A stretch of 64,000 nt of DNA from a bacterium (GTDB lineage: Bacteria > UBA8248 > JACPRG01 > G963555815), in contig OZ244653.1 in the NCBI GenBank assembly GCA_965218795.1, forward strand, positions 3,598,234 to 3,662,233, written 5' to 3'. Shown in pieces: positions 35,670-44,256 of the stretch. A model generated the notes under the pieces. The model did not search any database, was not told where the DNA came from, and saw nothing but the letters and a program-made list of their open reading frames with translations. The position numbers and the translations under genes are program-made. The stretch's first letter is position 1. Each line of letters starts with the position of its first letter.

Positions 35670-36419
35670 ATGATCCAAGTCGAGCATCTCTCCTTCGCTT
35701 ACGGTGATCATCCCGTCCTGGAGGACATCACCTTTTCCGTGCCCCCTGGGGGCAGCCTGGCGGTCATCGGACCCTCCGGGTGCGGGAAGACCACCCTGCT
35801 CTACAACTTGGCGGGCCTGCGGACTCCTGTCGCCGGCCGGGTGAGGATCGGCGGGGCCTTGATCCGCGGTCCGCGGGACAAAACCGCAGTCATTCTCCAA
35901 CACTACGGCCTCTTCCCCTGGAAGACTGTTTTCGAAAATGCCGCCCTCGGACTCCGGATTCGCGGGACGCCAGCCGCGGGGCGCATGCAGCGGGTCACCG
36001 CGATCCTCGAAGAACTGGGAATCGCCGCCCTTCGGGACCGGTATCCCAGCCAGATCTCGGGCGGTCAGCGGCAGCGCGTCGCCATCGCGCGCGCCCTGGC
36101 TATGGACCCCGACCTGTTGATCATGGACGAGCCGCTCTCCTCATTGGACGCCCTGACCCGTGAGGCGCACCAAAACCTCCTGCTGTCGCTTTGGCGGGAG
36201 AAGGGAATGACGCTGGTCCTCGTGAGTCACAGCATTACCGAGGCGGCCTACCTGGGCCAGCAGGTTGCGATTCTGTCCGACGGGCCGGCCCGGATCAAGG
36301 AAATCCTCGACAATTCCCGCGTGGGCGAGGAAGACTACCGGAGCCACCCGGACTATCACGACATCTGCACCCGGCTTCGGGGTCTGCTGAGAGGAGCGAT
36401 GGATGAGGCGGTGGGTTAG
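35670..36419 (+). CDS. ABC transporter ATP-binding protein (NitT/TauT family)
   Basis: GPSGCGKTTLL (Walker A), ISGGQRQRVAIARAL (signature) and LLIMDEPLSSLD (Walker B). Start at the ATG 35670 or the GTG 35649. Confidence 0.9.
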   Translation: MIQVEHLSFAYGDHPVLEDITFSVPPGGSLAVIGPSGCGKTTLLYNLAGLRTPVAGRVRIGGALIRGPRDKTAVILQHYGLFPWKTVFENAALGLRIRGTPAAGRMQRVTAILEELGIAALRDRYPSQISGGQRQRVAIARALAMDPDLLIMDEPLSSLDALTREAHQNLLLSLWREKGMTLVLVSHSITEAAYLGQQVAILSDGPARIKEILDNSRVGEEDYRSHPDYHDICTRLRGLLRGAMDEAVG

Positions 36420-37140
36420 GTACCTCTTGACGGCGGCTGTGTTGATCCTCTTGTGGGAGCTGGTGGCGCTGGCCCTGAAGAACGAGGCGCTTCCGGAGCC
36501 CTGGCGGGTCGTGATTCAGTTTTTTGCTCTCCTTGCCGCCGATCTCCCCGTGCATTTCGGCGTCAGCGTCTATCGGGTTGCGGCGGCCGTCGTGTTCGCC
36601 GTCGCCGCGGGCCTGCCGCTGGGTCTGTTGATGGGCCGTCTCCCCAAGGCGGACGCCTACATGGCCCCCGCCGTCTACCTGACCTATCCCATCCCGAAGA
36701 TTGTCCTCTTGCCCATCATTCTCCTGTTTTTGGGACTGGGGGACGCGTCGAAGATCGCCGTGATCGCCCTCATCCTGTTTTTCCAAATCCTGGTGACTGT
36801 CCGGGATGCAGTCCGCGGGATCGACGAGGAGTATTTCCTGTCGGTCCGCTCGCTCAACGCACGGGGTTGGGATGTCTTGCGGCACGTCGTCCTGCCCGCG
36901 ACCGTGGCGGAGCTCCTGACCGCCCTTCGGATCAGCGTTGGAACATCGGTGGCCGTCCTGTTCTTCGTCGAGACCATCGGCGCCCGCCGGGGTTTGGGCT
37001 ATTTCATTCAGGACGCCTGGGCCCGGGTGAATTATCAGGAGATGTACGCGGGCATTCTCGCCATGAGCCTTCTTGGCGTTTTCCTCTACGAGGTTCTGGA
37101 ACAGGCCGAAAAGCGGGCCTGCCGCTGGAAGCGAGTGTGA
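36403..37140 (+). CDS. ABC transporter permease (NitT/TauT family)
   Basis: 245 aa, multi-TM, with an EAA-like loop (VRDAVRGIDEEYFLSVRSLNARGWDVLRHVVLPA). It overlaps the ATPase gene by 17 nt. Confidence 0.9.
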   Translation: MRRWVRYLLTAAVLILLWELVALALKNEALPEPWRVVIQFFALLAADLPVHFGVSVYRVAAAVVFAVAAGLPLGLLMGRLPKADAYMAPAVYLTYPIPKIVLLPIILLFLGLGDASKIAVIALILFFQILVTVRDAVRGIDEEYFLSVRSLNARGWDVLRHVVLPATVAELLTALRISVGTSVAVLFFVETIGARRGLGYFIQDAWARVNYQEMYAGILAMSLLGVFLYEVLEQAEKRACRWKRV

Positions 37141-37352
37141 GAGAACGGCTTTGCGGCCCCCTGAATCTTCCGAAGCGATGCAATAATTTGCGAGGGGCGC
37201 TTTTGGAAGGTGACGCCCCTCTCTCGCAACAAGGTTTCTTGGCAAAGTAACAGAGTAACAGGTGGACCCGCCTCCACATCGTAAAAAGACCCGTTCTCCC
37301 ATCGTGCGCTGCTCGCACGATTCGGAGAACCACGCATTCCGCCCTGCCCTGC

Positions 37353-37382
37353 TGGTCATGGACGGCCTAAATCACCTATAAT
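37353..37382 (+). promoter_or_regulatory. Candidate sigma70 promoter P1 upstream of CIRCE
   Basis: TGGTCA (37353-37358), 18-nt spacer, TATAAT (37377-37382). CIRCE begins 20 nt downstream of the -10, which is the classical arrangement. Confidence 0.4.
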
Positions 37383-37401
37383 CAACGAATTGCGCCATAA
37401 A

Positions 37402-37428
37402 TTAGCACTCCGTCCTGGGGAGTGCCAA
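37402..37428 (+). promoter_or_regulatory. CIRCE element (HrcA operator)
   Basis: TTAGCACTC-cgtcctggg-GAGTGCCAA matches 17 of 18 positions of the CIRCE consensus TTAGCACTC-N9-GAGTGCTAA. Confidence 0.8.
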
Positions 37429-37435
37429 TAATCTC

Positions 37436-37464
37436 TTGATTCATGTTTGCGGATCGATTATATA
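37436..37464 (+). promoter_or_regulatory. Candidate sigma70 promoter P2 just downstream of CIRCE
   Basis: TTGATT (37436-37441), 17-nt spacer, TATATA (37459-37464), in an AT-rich stretch. Confidence 0.45.
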
Positions 37465-37689
37465 TTCTCTCAAAGGATTGAGGGTAAAGCGGGATCGGGT
37501 CATGCCTGTGGGGTGAGGCGCTCAAATGGTCTGATTCGATGTCCTTTATCCGAATCGAAGAATTAAAAATTTCTAATCTCATTGCTGATCTCCCCGTTGG
37601 ACCTAAGTATCGGGGAACTCGGAAAGACTCGAGGCGGCGTCTTTCGGGACGTTCGTCCATTTGAAGATGAGCACAGGGGAAGAACTGGC

Positions 37690-39081
37690 GTGCGCCGAAC
37701 CTTAAGGAACCTTGCCTTTGCAGGTATTGCCGCCGCCACGATCCTGGCGGCCGGGACCGGGTCGGCCGAGAAGCGGCCCGACAGCTTTGCTGATCTCGTG
37801 GAGCGTCTGAAGCCCACCGTCGTCAACATTCAGGTGACCATCGTCCAGCGGGGGGGCAGCCCTTTCCAAAGGCGGAGCCCCTTCGGCGGGCGACCCGACG
37901 ATCCGTTTGAGAAGTTTTTCAAGCGCTTCTTCGGCGATCAGCCCCCACGCGAGTTTCGAAACCGAGCCATCGGCTCCGGGTTCATCATCAGCCCGGACGG
38001 ATACATCGTCACGAACAATCACGTGGTCGAGAGGGCCAACGAAATCAAGGTCAAGCTGGACGACGGGAAGGAATACAAGGCGAAGCTGATCGGCCGAGAC
38101 CCGAAAACCGATCTCGCCCTCATCAAGGTCGAGCCGAAGAAATCCGTGCCCTTCACGGAGTTCGGTGATTCCGATGAGTTGCGGGTCGGCGATTGGGTGA
38201 TGGCGATAGGAAACCCGTTCGGCCTGTCCCACACCGTCACGGCGGGCATCGTGAGCGCGAAAGGCCGTGTCATCGGGCAGGGGCCGTATGACGATTTCAT
38301 CCAGACCGACGCCTCGATCAACCAGGGCAACTCGGGCGGACCTCTGTTCGACACGAAGGGTAAAGTGGTGGGAATCAACACGGCCATCATCGCCGGGGGA
38401 ACCGGTATCGGATTCGCGATTCCCGCCAACATGGCCAAAAAGCTCATCAATCAGCTTCGGGAAACCGGCACTGTGGTGCGCGGTTTCCTGGGAGTCCGGA
38501 TTCAAAACCTGACCCCGCAGCTGGCCAAGCGTTTCGGTACGGAGAAGGCCGAAGGGGCCCTGGTTTCCGACTTGACGAAAGACTCCCCCGCCGCCCGGGC
38601 CGGCGTTCGGCAGGGAGATGTGATCGTCGAATTTGACGGCCTGAAGATTCAGAACGTGTCCGATTTGGTCCGGAAGGTCGGTGCGACTGCGGTCGATAAG
38701 ACGGTGAAAATGAAGGTGTTGCGCGAGGGGAAGGGAAAGGTCCTGGATGTCAAGGTCGGCAAGCTCGCCGAGGAGCCCAGTGCGGTCGCGTCGGTCGGCA
38801 CCCCGGGAAAGTTGGGCCTGACGATTCGCCCGGTTCCCGCTGAGCGGGCCACTGAGCTCGGACTCAGAGCCGGTCAAGGCGTCCTGGTGACCGAGGTGGT
38901 TGCCGCAAGTCCTGCCGCCCGGGCGGGGATCCGCGCGGGCGACATCATTCTGGAAGTCAACGGGAAGGCCATTCGGGTGCTCGCCGACCTCAACGAGGCC
39001 GTGTCCAAGGGCAAGGAGGACCCGCTATTTTACATTCAGCGGGGCGAGAGCAAACTGTACACCGTCGTCCCCAAGGGGTGA
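37690..39081 (+). CDS. htrA: HtrA/DegP-family periplasmic serine protease with two PDZ domains
   Basis: A signal-like RRTLRNLAFAGIAAATILAAG, then GSGFIISPDGYIVTNNHVV (His), DLALIKV (Asp) and GNSGGPLFD (Ser). There are two PDZ-like segments. GTG start at 37690 with AGGGGA upstream. Confidence 0.92.
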   Translation: MRRTLRNLAFAGIAAATILAAGTGSAEKRPDSFADLVERLKPTVVNIQVTIVQRGGSPFQRRSPFGGRPDDPFEKFFKRFFGDQPPREFRNRAIGSGFIISPDGYIVTNNHVVERANEIKVKLDDGKEYKAKLIGRDPKTDLALIKVEPKKSVPFTEFGDSDELRVGDWVMAIGNPFGLSHTVTAGIVSAKGRVIGQGPYDDFIQTDASINQGNSGGPLFDTKGKVVGINTAIIAGGTGIGFAIPANMAKKLINQLRETGTVVRGFLGVRIQNLTPQLAKRFGTEKAEGALVSDLTKDSPAARAGVRQGDVIVEFDGLKIQNVSDLVRKVGATAVDKTVKMKVLREGKGKVLDVKVGKLAEEPSAVASVGTPGKLGLTIRPVPAERATELGLRAGQGVLVTEVVAASPAARAGIRAGDIILEVNGKAIRVLADLNEAVSKGKEDPLFYIQRGESKLYTVVPKG

Positions 39082-39095
39082 GAGGGTCTTCGGTC

Positions 39096-39608
39096 ATGAA
39101 CATTCCCGTCCGGGAGCCTCAAGACGATACAGTCGCGCGTCTGGCGCCGGAACCCTGTGGAGAGTCGGAGCTCTGCGTGGACCTCAAAGACGCCTATCTG
39201 GAAGAAAAGATCCTGTCCCAGCAGCTGGAAGCCCTTTCCGGTTCCACGGAGGCGGGCTGGGATCACCCACATGCGGACCGGGTGTCGTCTCTCGCAACCG
39301 AGGATGGGGCCCACATTCGAGCGCTGTTGGCGATTTTGGCTGAACTGGATACATTCCCGCCCGAGCGTCCGGAGACCGCGCATCCGCTGCCGCCGAAGAG
39401 ATCGGGCGTTCGCACAATCCTCCAGGCGTCCATGGATGGCAAGAAAGATCTGGAAATCCGATACATCCGCGCGGCCTCTCTGGCCGCCGTCGAGGGGCGT
39501 AGAGCTTTGGCCTCCCGGCTGGAAGGCATCGCGGATGAAGAGGCGCGGGGCCGGAGGAATCTGCTTCAGGTCCTCTCGCGGTTCCCTGCGAATCAGCCCG
39601 AGGATTGA
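39096..39608 (+). CDS. Hypothetical protein (about 170 aa, no recognised motif)
   Basis: An ORF tightly packed between htrA (14-nt gap) and the cyclase gene (2-nt gap). GAGAGGG lies 9-15 nt upstream of the ATG. It is the same ORF as the track's 39078 entry. Confidence 0.5.
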   Translation: MNIPVREPQDDTVARLAPEPCGESELCVDLKDAYLEEKILSQQLEALSGSTEAGWDHPHADRVSSLATEDGAHIRALLAILAELDTFPPERPETAHPLPPKRSGVRTILQASMDGKKDLEIRYIRAASLAAVEGRRALASRLEGIADEEARGRRNLLQVLSRFPANQPED

Positions 39609-39610
39609 GC

Positions 39611-40687
39611 ATGGTCCGAAACGCCGCCAAGACCGACGCCCCTGCGGCGGAACCCAAGGTGAACGGGAAGAAGAAGGCCGAAAAAGGGGAACGGGTACCT
39701 CGGGGAGGCCGGCAGGCAACGGGCGCCGCGGCGGCAAGGGCCCGGCGGGCTGTGAAACCCGAGGAGGTTCCGGTCCGGAAGGATCCGACCCGGTCTCTGA
39801 TCGCCGCCGCGCTCCGATTGGCCAAACAGCTCGATATCGACGCCGTGTTCATCTACGCTCAATCCATTTCCCAGGCGCCCAGCCTTTTTCAATTGTTCCA
39901 GGACGGTCCCAGTCTTCTGCTGATCGCGAGGAATGATGATGAGGAGGCGATGTGCAAGGGGCACTCCAAGAAGATCATTCGCGTTCCGGATATCAACCTG
40001 AGCCGAATGGACCAGGTCAAGCTGGCGGTGGTGATGGCCCTGACCGATCGGATGCTGAACGTGGGAGACCGCATTCTGTGTCTGGTGGGGCGGGTCAACC
40101 GCCACACCTCCGACACGCTCGTCGTATTGGATGTAGGCGATGAGTTCGAGACCATGAATCTCCCCGGCCAGTTGTCCCGTTCCAAGGAGATCGACTCCAA
40201 GGTCTTTGAGGCCACCCTGAGGATGGCCCTGGAGTTGGCGAACGAGGGCCGGGAGGGAAGGCCGATCGGCTCCATCTTCGTAATTGGGGACAGTGAGGAA
40301 GTCTCGCGCTACTCCCGGCAAACCATCATCAATCCGTTCGAGGGCCACCCCGAATCCCGCCGGAACATCCTGGATCCGCATCTGCGGGAAACGGTCAAGG
40401 AGTTTTCCACGCTGGACGGCGCGTTCCTGATTCGAAAAGACGGCGTTCTGATGGCCGCGGGCCGCCACTTGAACGCCGCCTATAACGGCGACGGTTTGCC
40501 CTCCGGCCTGGGGTCCAGACACGCCGCCGCCGCCGCCATCACGTCGGTGACCAAAGCGCTGGCCCTCACCATCTCGGAATCCACGGGAACCGTGACGGTT
40601 TTTCGCGGCGGCGAGGTCATGATGACATTGGAGAGATTTCGGCAGGCGCCCAGCCTGGCCGAAGGGGAAAACAATCTGGACCCGTGA
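39611..40687 (+). CDS. Diadenylate cyclase (DAC/DisA_N domain) protein, soluble, with a non-CdaA and non-DisA N-terminal region
   Basis: The C-terminal half reads GREGRPIGSIFVIGDSEEV...LDGAFLIRKDGVLMAAGRHL...GLGSRHAAAAAITSVTKALALTISESTGTVTVFRGG, containing the DGA and RHxAA DAC motifs. The N-terminus is a Lys/Arg/Ala-rich tail followed by an alpha/beta-looking domain. Start at the ATG 39611 or the TTG 39605. Confidence 0.85.
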   Translation: MVRNAAKTDAPAAEPKVNGKKKAEKGERVPRGGRQATGAAAARARRAVKPEEVPVRKDPTRSLIAAALRLAKQLDIDAVFIYAQSISQAPSLFQLFQDGPSLLLIARNDDEEAMCKGHSKKIIRVPDINLSRMDQVKLAVVMALTDRMLNVGDRILCLVGRVNRHTSDTLVVLDVGDEFETMNLPGQLSRSKEIDSKVFEATLRMALELANEGREGRPIGSIFVIGDSEEVSRYSRQTIINPFEGHPESRRNILDPHLRETVKEFSTLDGAFLIRKDGVLMAAGRHLNAAYNGDGLPSGLGSRHAAAAAITSVTKALALTISESTGTVTVFRGGEVMMTLERFRQAPSLAEGENNLDP

Positions 40688-40774
40688 TACCCGCCGGGCG
40701 CTTGAGGCCCGGGCGCGGCGTTCGCATTCACCCGTTACACGGCCTTTGAGCCCTGGTTGGGGAGGACAAACAGA

Positions 40775-42409
40775 ATGGCAGTCAAAGAATTGGCATATGA
40801 ACAGCAGGCCCGGTCCGAAATTCTGTCGGGCATGGATCAGTTGACGCGCGCCGTGGAGGCCACGCTGGGGCCGGCCGGTCGAACCGTGATCTTGGGAAGG
40901 AAGTGGGGCTCACCGCTGGTGACCAAGGACGGAGTGACGGTTGCGAAAGAGATCGACTTGCCCGAGCCCTTCGAGAACATGGGCGCGCAGATGGTGAAAG
41001 AGGTGGCCAAGAAGACCAACGACGACGTCGGAGACGGAACGACGACGGCCACCGTCCTGGCCGAGGCCATCTACCGCACCGGGCTGAAGTACGTTTCGGC
41101 CCAGGCCAATCCCGTGGACATCAAGCGCGGGATCGATGCCGCCGTGGAGACGGTGGTGGGCGAGCTCAAGAAGCAAAGCCGTCGGATCTCGGGGACGGAG
41201 CGAATCGCCAAGGTGGCCGCGGTGTCGGCCAACGGCGAGGAATCGATTGGGGAGATCATCGCAGCCGCCATCGACAAGGTCGGACGGGACGGTGTGATCA
41301 CCACCGAGGAAGGCAAGGGGATCGAGATGTCGCTCGAGGTGGTCGAAGGGATGCAGTTCGATCGGGGCTATCTCTCGCCTCATTTTGTGACTCACCCGGA
41401 CCGTTTGGAATGCGAGCTGGAAGACGTGTCCCTGTTGATCCACGAGAAGAAGATTTCCAATGTGAACGAGCTTCTGCCCATCCTCGAGAAGGTCTCCGCA
41501 TCTGGAAGATCCCTGCTGATCATCGCCGAGGATGTGGAGGGCGAAGCTCTGGCAACCTTGGTGGTCAACAAGCTGCGCGGCACCCTGAAGATCGCAGCGG
41601 TCAAGGCGCCGGGTTACGGCGATCGCCGCAAGGAGATGCTGGAAGATATCGCGGTCCTGACGGGCGGACGGATGATCACCGAGGATCTCGGCATCAAGCT
41701 GGAAGCGGTTCCTTTGGAAGACCTCGGCCGGGCGAAACGCGTGCTGATCGACAAGGAGAACACCATCGTCGTCGAGGGTGCGGGAACGGCCCGGGCCCTG
41801 AGCGGACGGTGCGCGCAGATCCGCGCGCAGATCGAGGAAACGACCTCCGAATATGACCGCGAGAAACTTCAGGAACGCCTCGCCAAGCTGTCCGGGGGCG
41901 TGGCGAAGATCCTGGTCGGCGCGGCCACCGAGACGGAAATGAAAGAGAAAAAGGCGCGGGTGGAAGACGCGCTGAACGCCACGCGGGCGGCGTTGGAGGA
42001 GGGTATCGTGGTCGGCGGCGGTGTGGCGCTGGTCCGCGCCGCCGCCGACCTGGGCTTGCTGGAGCTGCCGGGCGATCAGAACTACGGCGTAAGAGTGGTT
42101 CAGGATGCGCTGGGCGATCCGCTTCGGATCCTCGCCGAAAATGGGGGTTATGAGGGTCCCGTGGTCCTGCACGACGTCAAGAAGAAGAAGGGCGCGGTGG
42201 GCTTCAATGCGGCCACCGGCAAGATGGAGAATCTTGAAAAGGCCGGGATTGTGGATCCCGTCAAAGTGACCCGCTCCGCGCTGCAGAATGCGGCCAGCCT
42301 GGCGGGTGTCCTTCTGACGACCGAGTTGCTGGTGACGGAGAAGCCCGAGGATGAAGAGGATGAAGAAGGCGGCGATCACTCCCACGGCGGCCACGGCCAC
42401 GCCCACTGA
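40775..42409 (+). CDS. groEL: Chaperonin GroEL (no adjacent groES; acidic and His-rich C-terminal tail)
   Basis: [13 protein letters not shown]..., [24 protein letters not shown] and GGVALVRA. The tail is [20 protein letters not shown] rather than a GGM repeat. GGGGAGGA RBS. Confidence 0.97.
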   Translation: MAVKELAYEQQARSEILSGMDQLTRAVEATLGPAGRTVILGRKWGSPLVTKDGVTVAKEIDLPEPFENMGAQMVKEVAKKTNDDVGDGTTTATVLAEAIYRTGLKYVSAQANPVDIKRGIDAAVETVVGELKKQSRRISGTERIAKVAAVSANGEESIGEIIAAAIDKVGRDGVITTEEGKGIEMSLEVVEGMQFDRGYLSPHFVTHPDRLECELEDVSLLIHEKKISNVNELLPILEKVSASGRSLLIIAEDVEGEALATLVVNKLRGTLKIAAVKAPGYGDRRKEMLEDIAVLTGGRMITEDLGIKLEAVPLEDLGRAKRVLIDKENTIVVEGAGTARALSGRCAQIRAQIEETTSEYDREKLQERLAKLSGGVAKILVGAATETEMKEKKARVEDALNATRAALEEGIVVGGGVALVRAAADLGLLELPGDQNYGVRVVQDALGDPLRILAENGGYEGPVVLHDVKKKKGAVGFNAATGKMENLEKAGIVDPVKVTRSALQNAASLAGVLLTTELLVTEKPEDEEDEEGGDHSHGGHGHAH

Positions 42410-42468
42410 TCCCCCAGGTAAGAACCCTCTCCCGATGACAGGGTGACGGGTGGGAAGGAACAGCGTGC

Positions 42469-43416
42469 ATGATTCAGGTTGAGAATCTGACGAAATTCTA
42501 TGGGCCCGTACCGGGGATTGAGGGCGTGACCTTCGGCATCGAGCCGGGGGAGATCGTGGGATTCCTCGGCCCCAATGGAGCGGGGAAGAGCACGACCATG
42601 CGCATCCTCACCTGTTATATGCCCGCTACCTCCGGAACGGCGACTGTGGGCGGGTTCGACGTCTTTGAATCCCCGCTGGAAGTCCGCCGCCGGCTGGGCT
42701 ACCTGCCTGAAAACGTCCCCATTTACCTGGACCTGACTGTTCGGGATTACCTGAACTTCGTCGGCGATCTCAAGGGGATGGACCGTAAGAAAAAGAGGCA
42801 CCAGATCGACAAGCTCATCCCTCTCACGGGGATCAAGGAGGTCGAGAACCGGATCATCGGCAACCTCTCCAAGGGGTACCGCCAGCGGGTCGGTCTCACC
42901 CAGGCCCTGCTGAACGACCCGGAGGTGCTGATTCTGGACGAGCCGACGACGGGCCTGGACCCTAAACAAATCATCGAGATCCGTGACCTCATCCGCGACC
43001 TGGCGGGAAGCCGGACCATTATTCTCTGCACGCACATCCTGCCCGAAGTCAGCATGACGTGCTCACGGGTCATCATCATCAACAAGGGCCGAATCATCAC
43101 CCAGGATACGCCCGAGAACCTCACCCGGCAACTTCAGCGGAAATCCCTGGTGGAGATCGAAGTGGAGGGGCCGGTCGAGCAAGTCCGGGACAAGCTCCAA
43201 TCGGTTCCGACGGTGGTTTCGGTTTTCCCGCAGCGGAGACCTGCGGACGGTTCGGGCTCGACCCTCTTCCATGTGGAAACGGATCCGGATACCGATATGC
43301 GTCGCGACCTGGCGGCCGCGGTGTGCGGGAGCGGGTGGGGGCTGATGACCCTCAAGCCCGTCTCCATGACCCTGGAAGACATCTTCGTCCAGTTGGTGAC
43401 GGAAGAAGAGCACTAG
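42469..43416 (+). CDS. ABC transporter ATP-binding protein (ABC-2/GldA-like)
   Basis: GPNGAGKSTTM, LSKGYRQRVGLTQAL and LILDEPTTGLDP. Confidence 0.9.
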   Translation: MIQVENLTKFYGPVPGIEGVTFGIEPGEIVGFLGPNGAGKSTTMRILTCYMPATSGTATVGGFDVFESPLEVRRRLGYLPENVPIYLDLTVRDYLNFVGDLKGMDRKKKRHQIDKLIPLTGIKEVENRIIGNLSKGYRQRVGLTQALLNDPEVLILDEPTTGLDPKQIIEIRDLIRDLAGSRTIILCTHILPEVSMTCSRVIIINKGRIITQDTPENLTRQLQRKSLVEIEVEGPVEQVRDKLQSVPTVVSVFPQRRPADGSGSTLFHVETDPDTDMRRDLAAAVCGSGWGLMTLKPVSMTLEDIFVQLVTEEEH

Positions 43417-43479
43417 GATTGACCCGGAAGATCCGGTCCGTCGGCTCTTTGCGGCGGATTGACGGAGGACGTTTTCAGC

Positions 43480-44250
43480 ATGAGAAACATTTGGGCCATC
43501 TATAAGAAGGAATTGCGGCTCTATTTCCATTCGCCCATCGCGTATGTCGTCTTAACGATTTTTCTGGTCCTGATGGGCTGGCTGTTTTACAGCAACATGG
43601 CCTTTTTCAGCCGGATCAGCGTTCAGGCGGTCCAGAACCCCCGCCTGTCCAGCCAGCTGGATGCGACCGACGCGATCTTTACGCCGCTCATCGGAAACAT
43701 GACCATCATCCTGCTGTTCATCATCCCGGGATTGACCATGAGGCTGTTTGCCGAAGAGAAAAAGCAGGGGACGCTGGAACTCCTTTATTCCTATCCGGTC
43801 CGCGACGGCGAGGTATTGTTCGGCAAGTTCTTCGCGTGTTTCACGGTCTTCCTCATTATGCTGGCTCTCACGGCCTTGTATCCGATCCTGATCGGCGTGT
43901 TCGGCTCGCTGGAAATTCGGCCGGTGCTCGCCGGTTACCTGGGGGTTCTCCTGCTTGGGATGACGTTCATCTCGGTGGGGGTGTTGATGTCTTCGTTGAC
44001 GTCCAATCAGTTGGTGGCGTTCATCCTCGGCTTCGGGATCCTCCTGTTTTTCTGGGTCCTCGGGTTCGCATCAGCCTATCTGGACCCGAAGATGGCAGCC
44101 GTGCTGGATCACGCCTCCCTGATCCAGCATGTGAACAATTTTTCCCGGGGGCTCATCACCACCCGCGACCTGATCTACTATGTGAATTTCAGCGTCTTCT
44201 GTCTGTTCCTGACCGTCCAGGCGCTGGCCTCTCACCGATGGAAAGGTTGA
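43480..44250 (+). CDS. ABC-2 type permease (GldF-like)
   Basis: MRNIWAIYKKELRLYFHSPIAYVVL and six predicted TM segments, with FAEEKKQGTLELL. Confidence 0.8.
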   Translation: MRNIWAIYKKELRLYFHSPIAYVVLTIFLVLMGWLFYSNMAFFSRISVQAVQNPRLSSQLDATDAIFTPLIGNMTIILLFIIPGLTMRLFAEEKKQGTLELLYSYPVRDGEVLFGKFFACFTVFLIMLALTALYPILIGVFGSLEIRPVLAGYLGVLLLGMTFISVGVLMSSLTSNQLVAFILGFGILLFFWVLGFASAYLDPKMAAVLDHASLIQHVNNFSRGLITTRDLIYYVNFSVFCLFLTVQALASHRWKG

Positions 44251-44256
44251 TCCGTC

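Noticed and set aside
37614-37642. An ECF-sigma-like promoter (GGAAC ... CGTCT) 50-75 nt upstream of htrA, which would fit envelope-stress control.
   Set aside because: The spacing between GGAAC and CGTCT is 19 nt, longer than the 16-17 nt I expect for RpoE/ECF-type promoters. With only two short boxes, the match is not distinguishable from chance.
40688-40774. An independent promoter, a CIRCE copy or a terminator in the gap before groEL.
   Set aside because: I found only a GC-rich imperfect palindrome (GCCGGGC...GCCCGGGC) without a U-tract. There are no -35/-10-like hexamers at proper spacing and no CIRCE half-site. I therefore treated groEL as co-transcribed, but this needs experimental confirmation.
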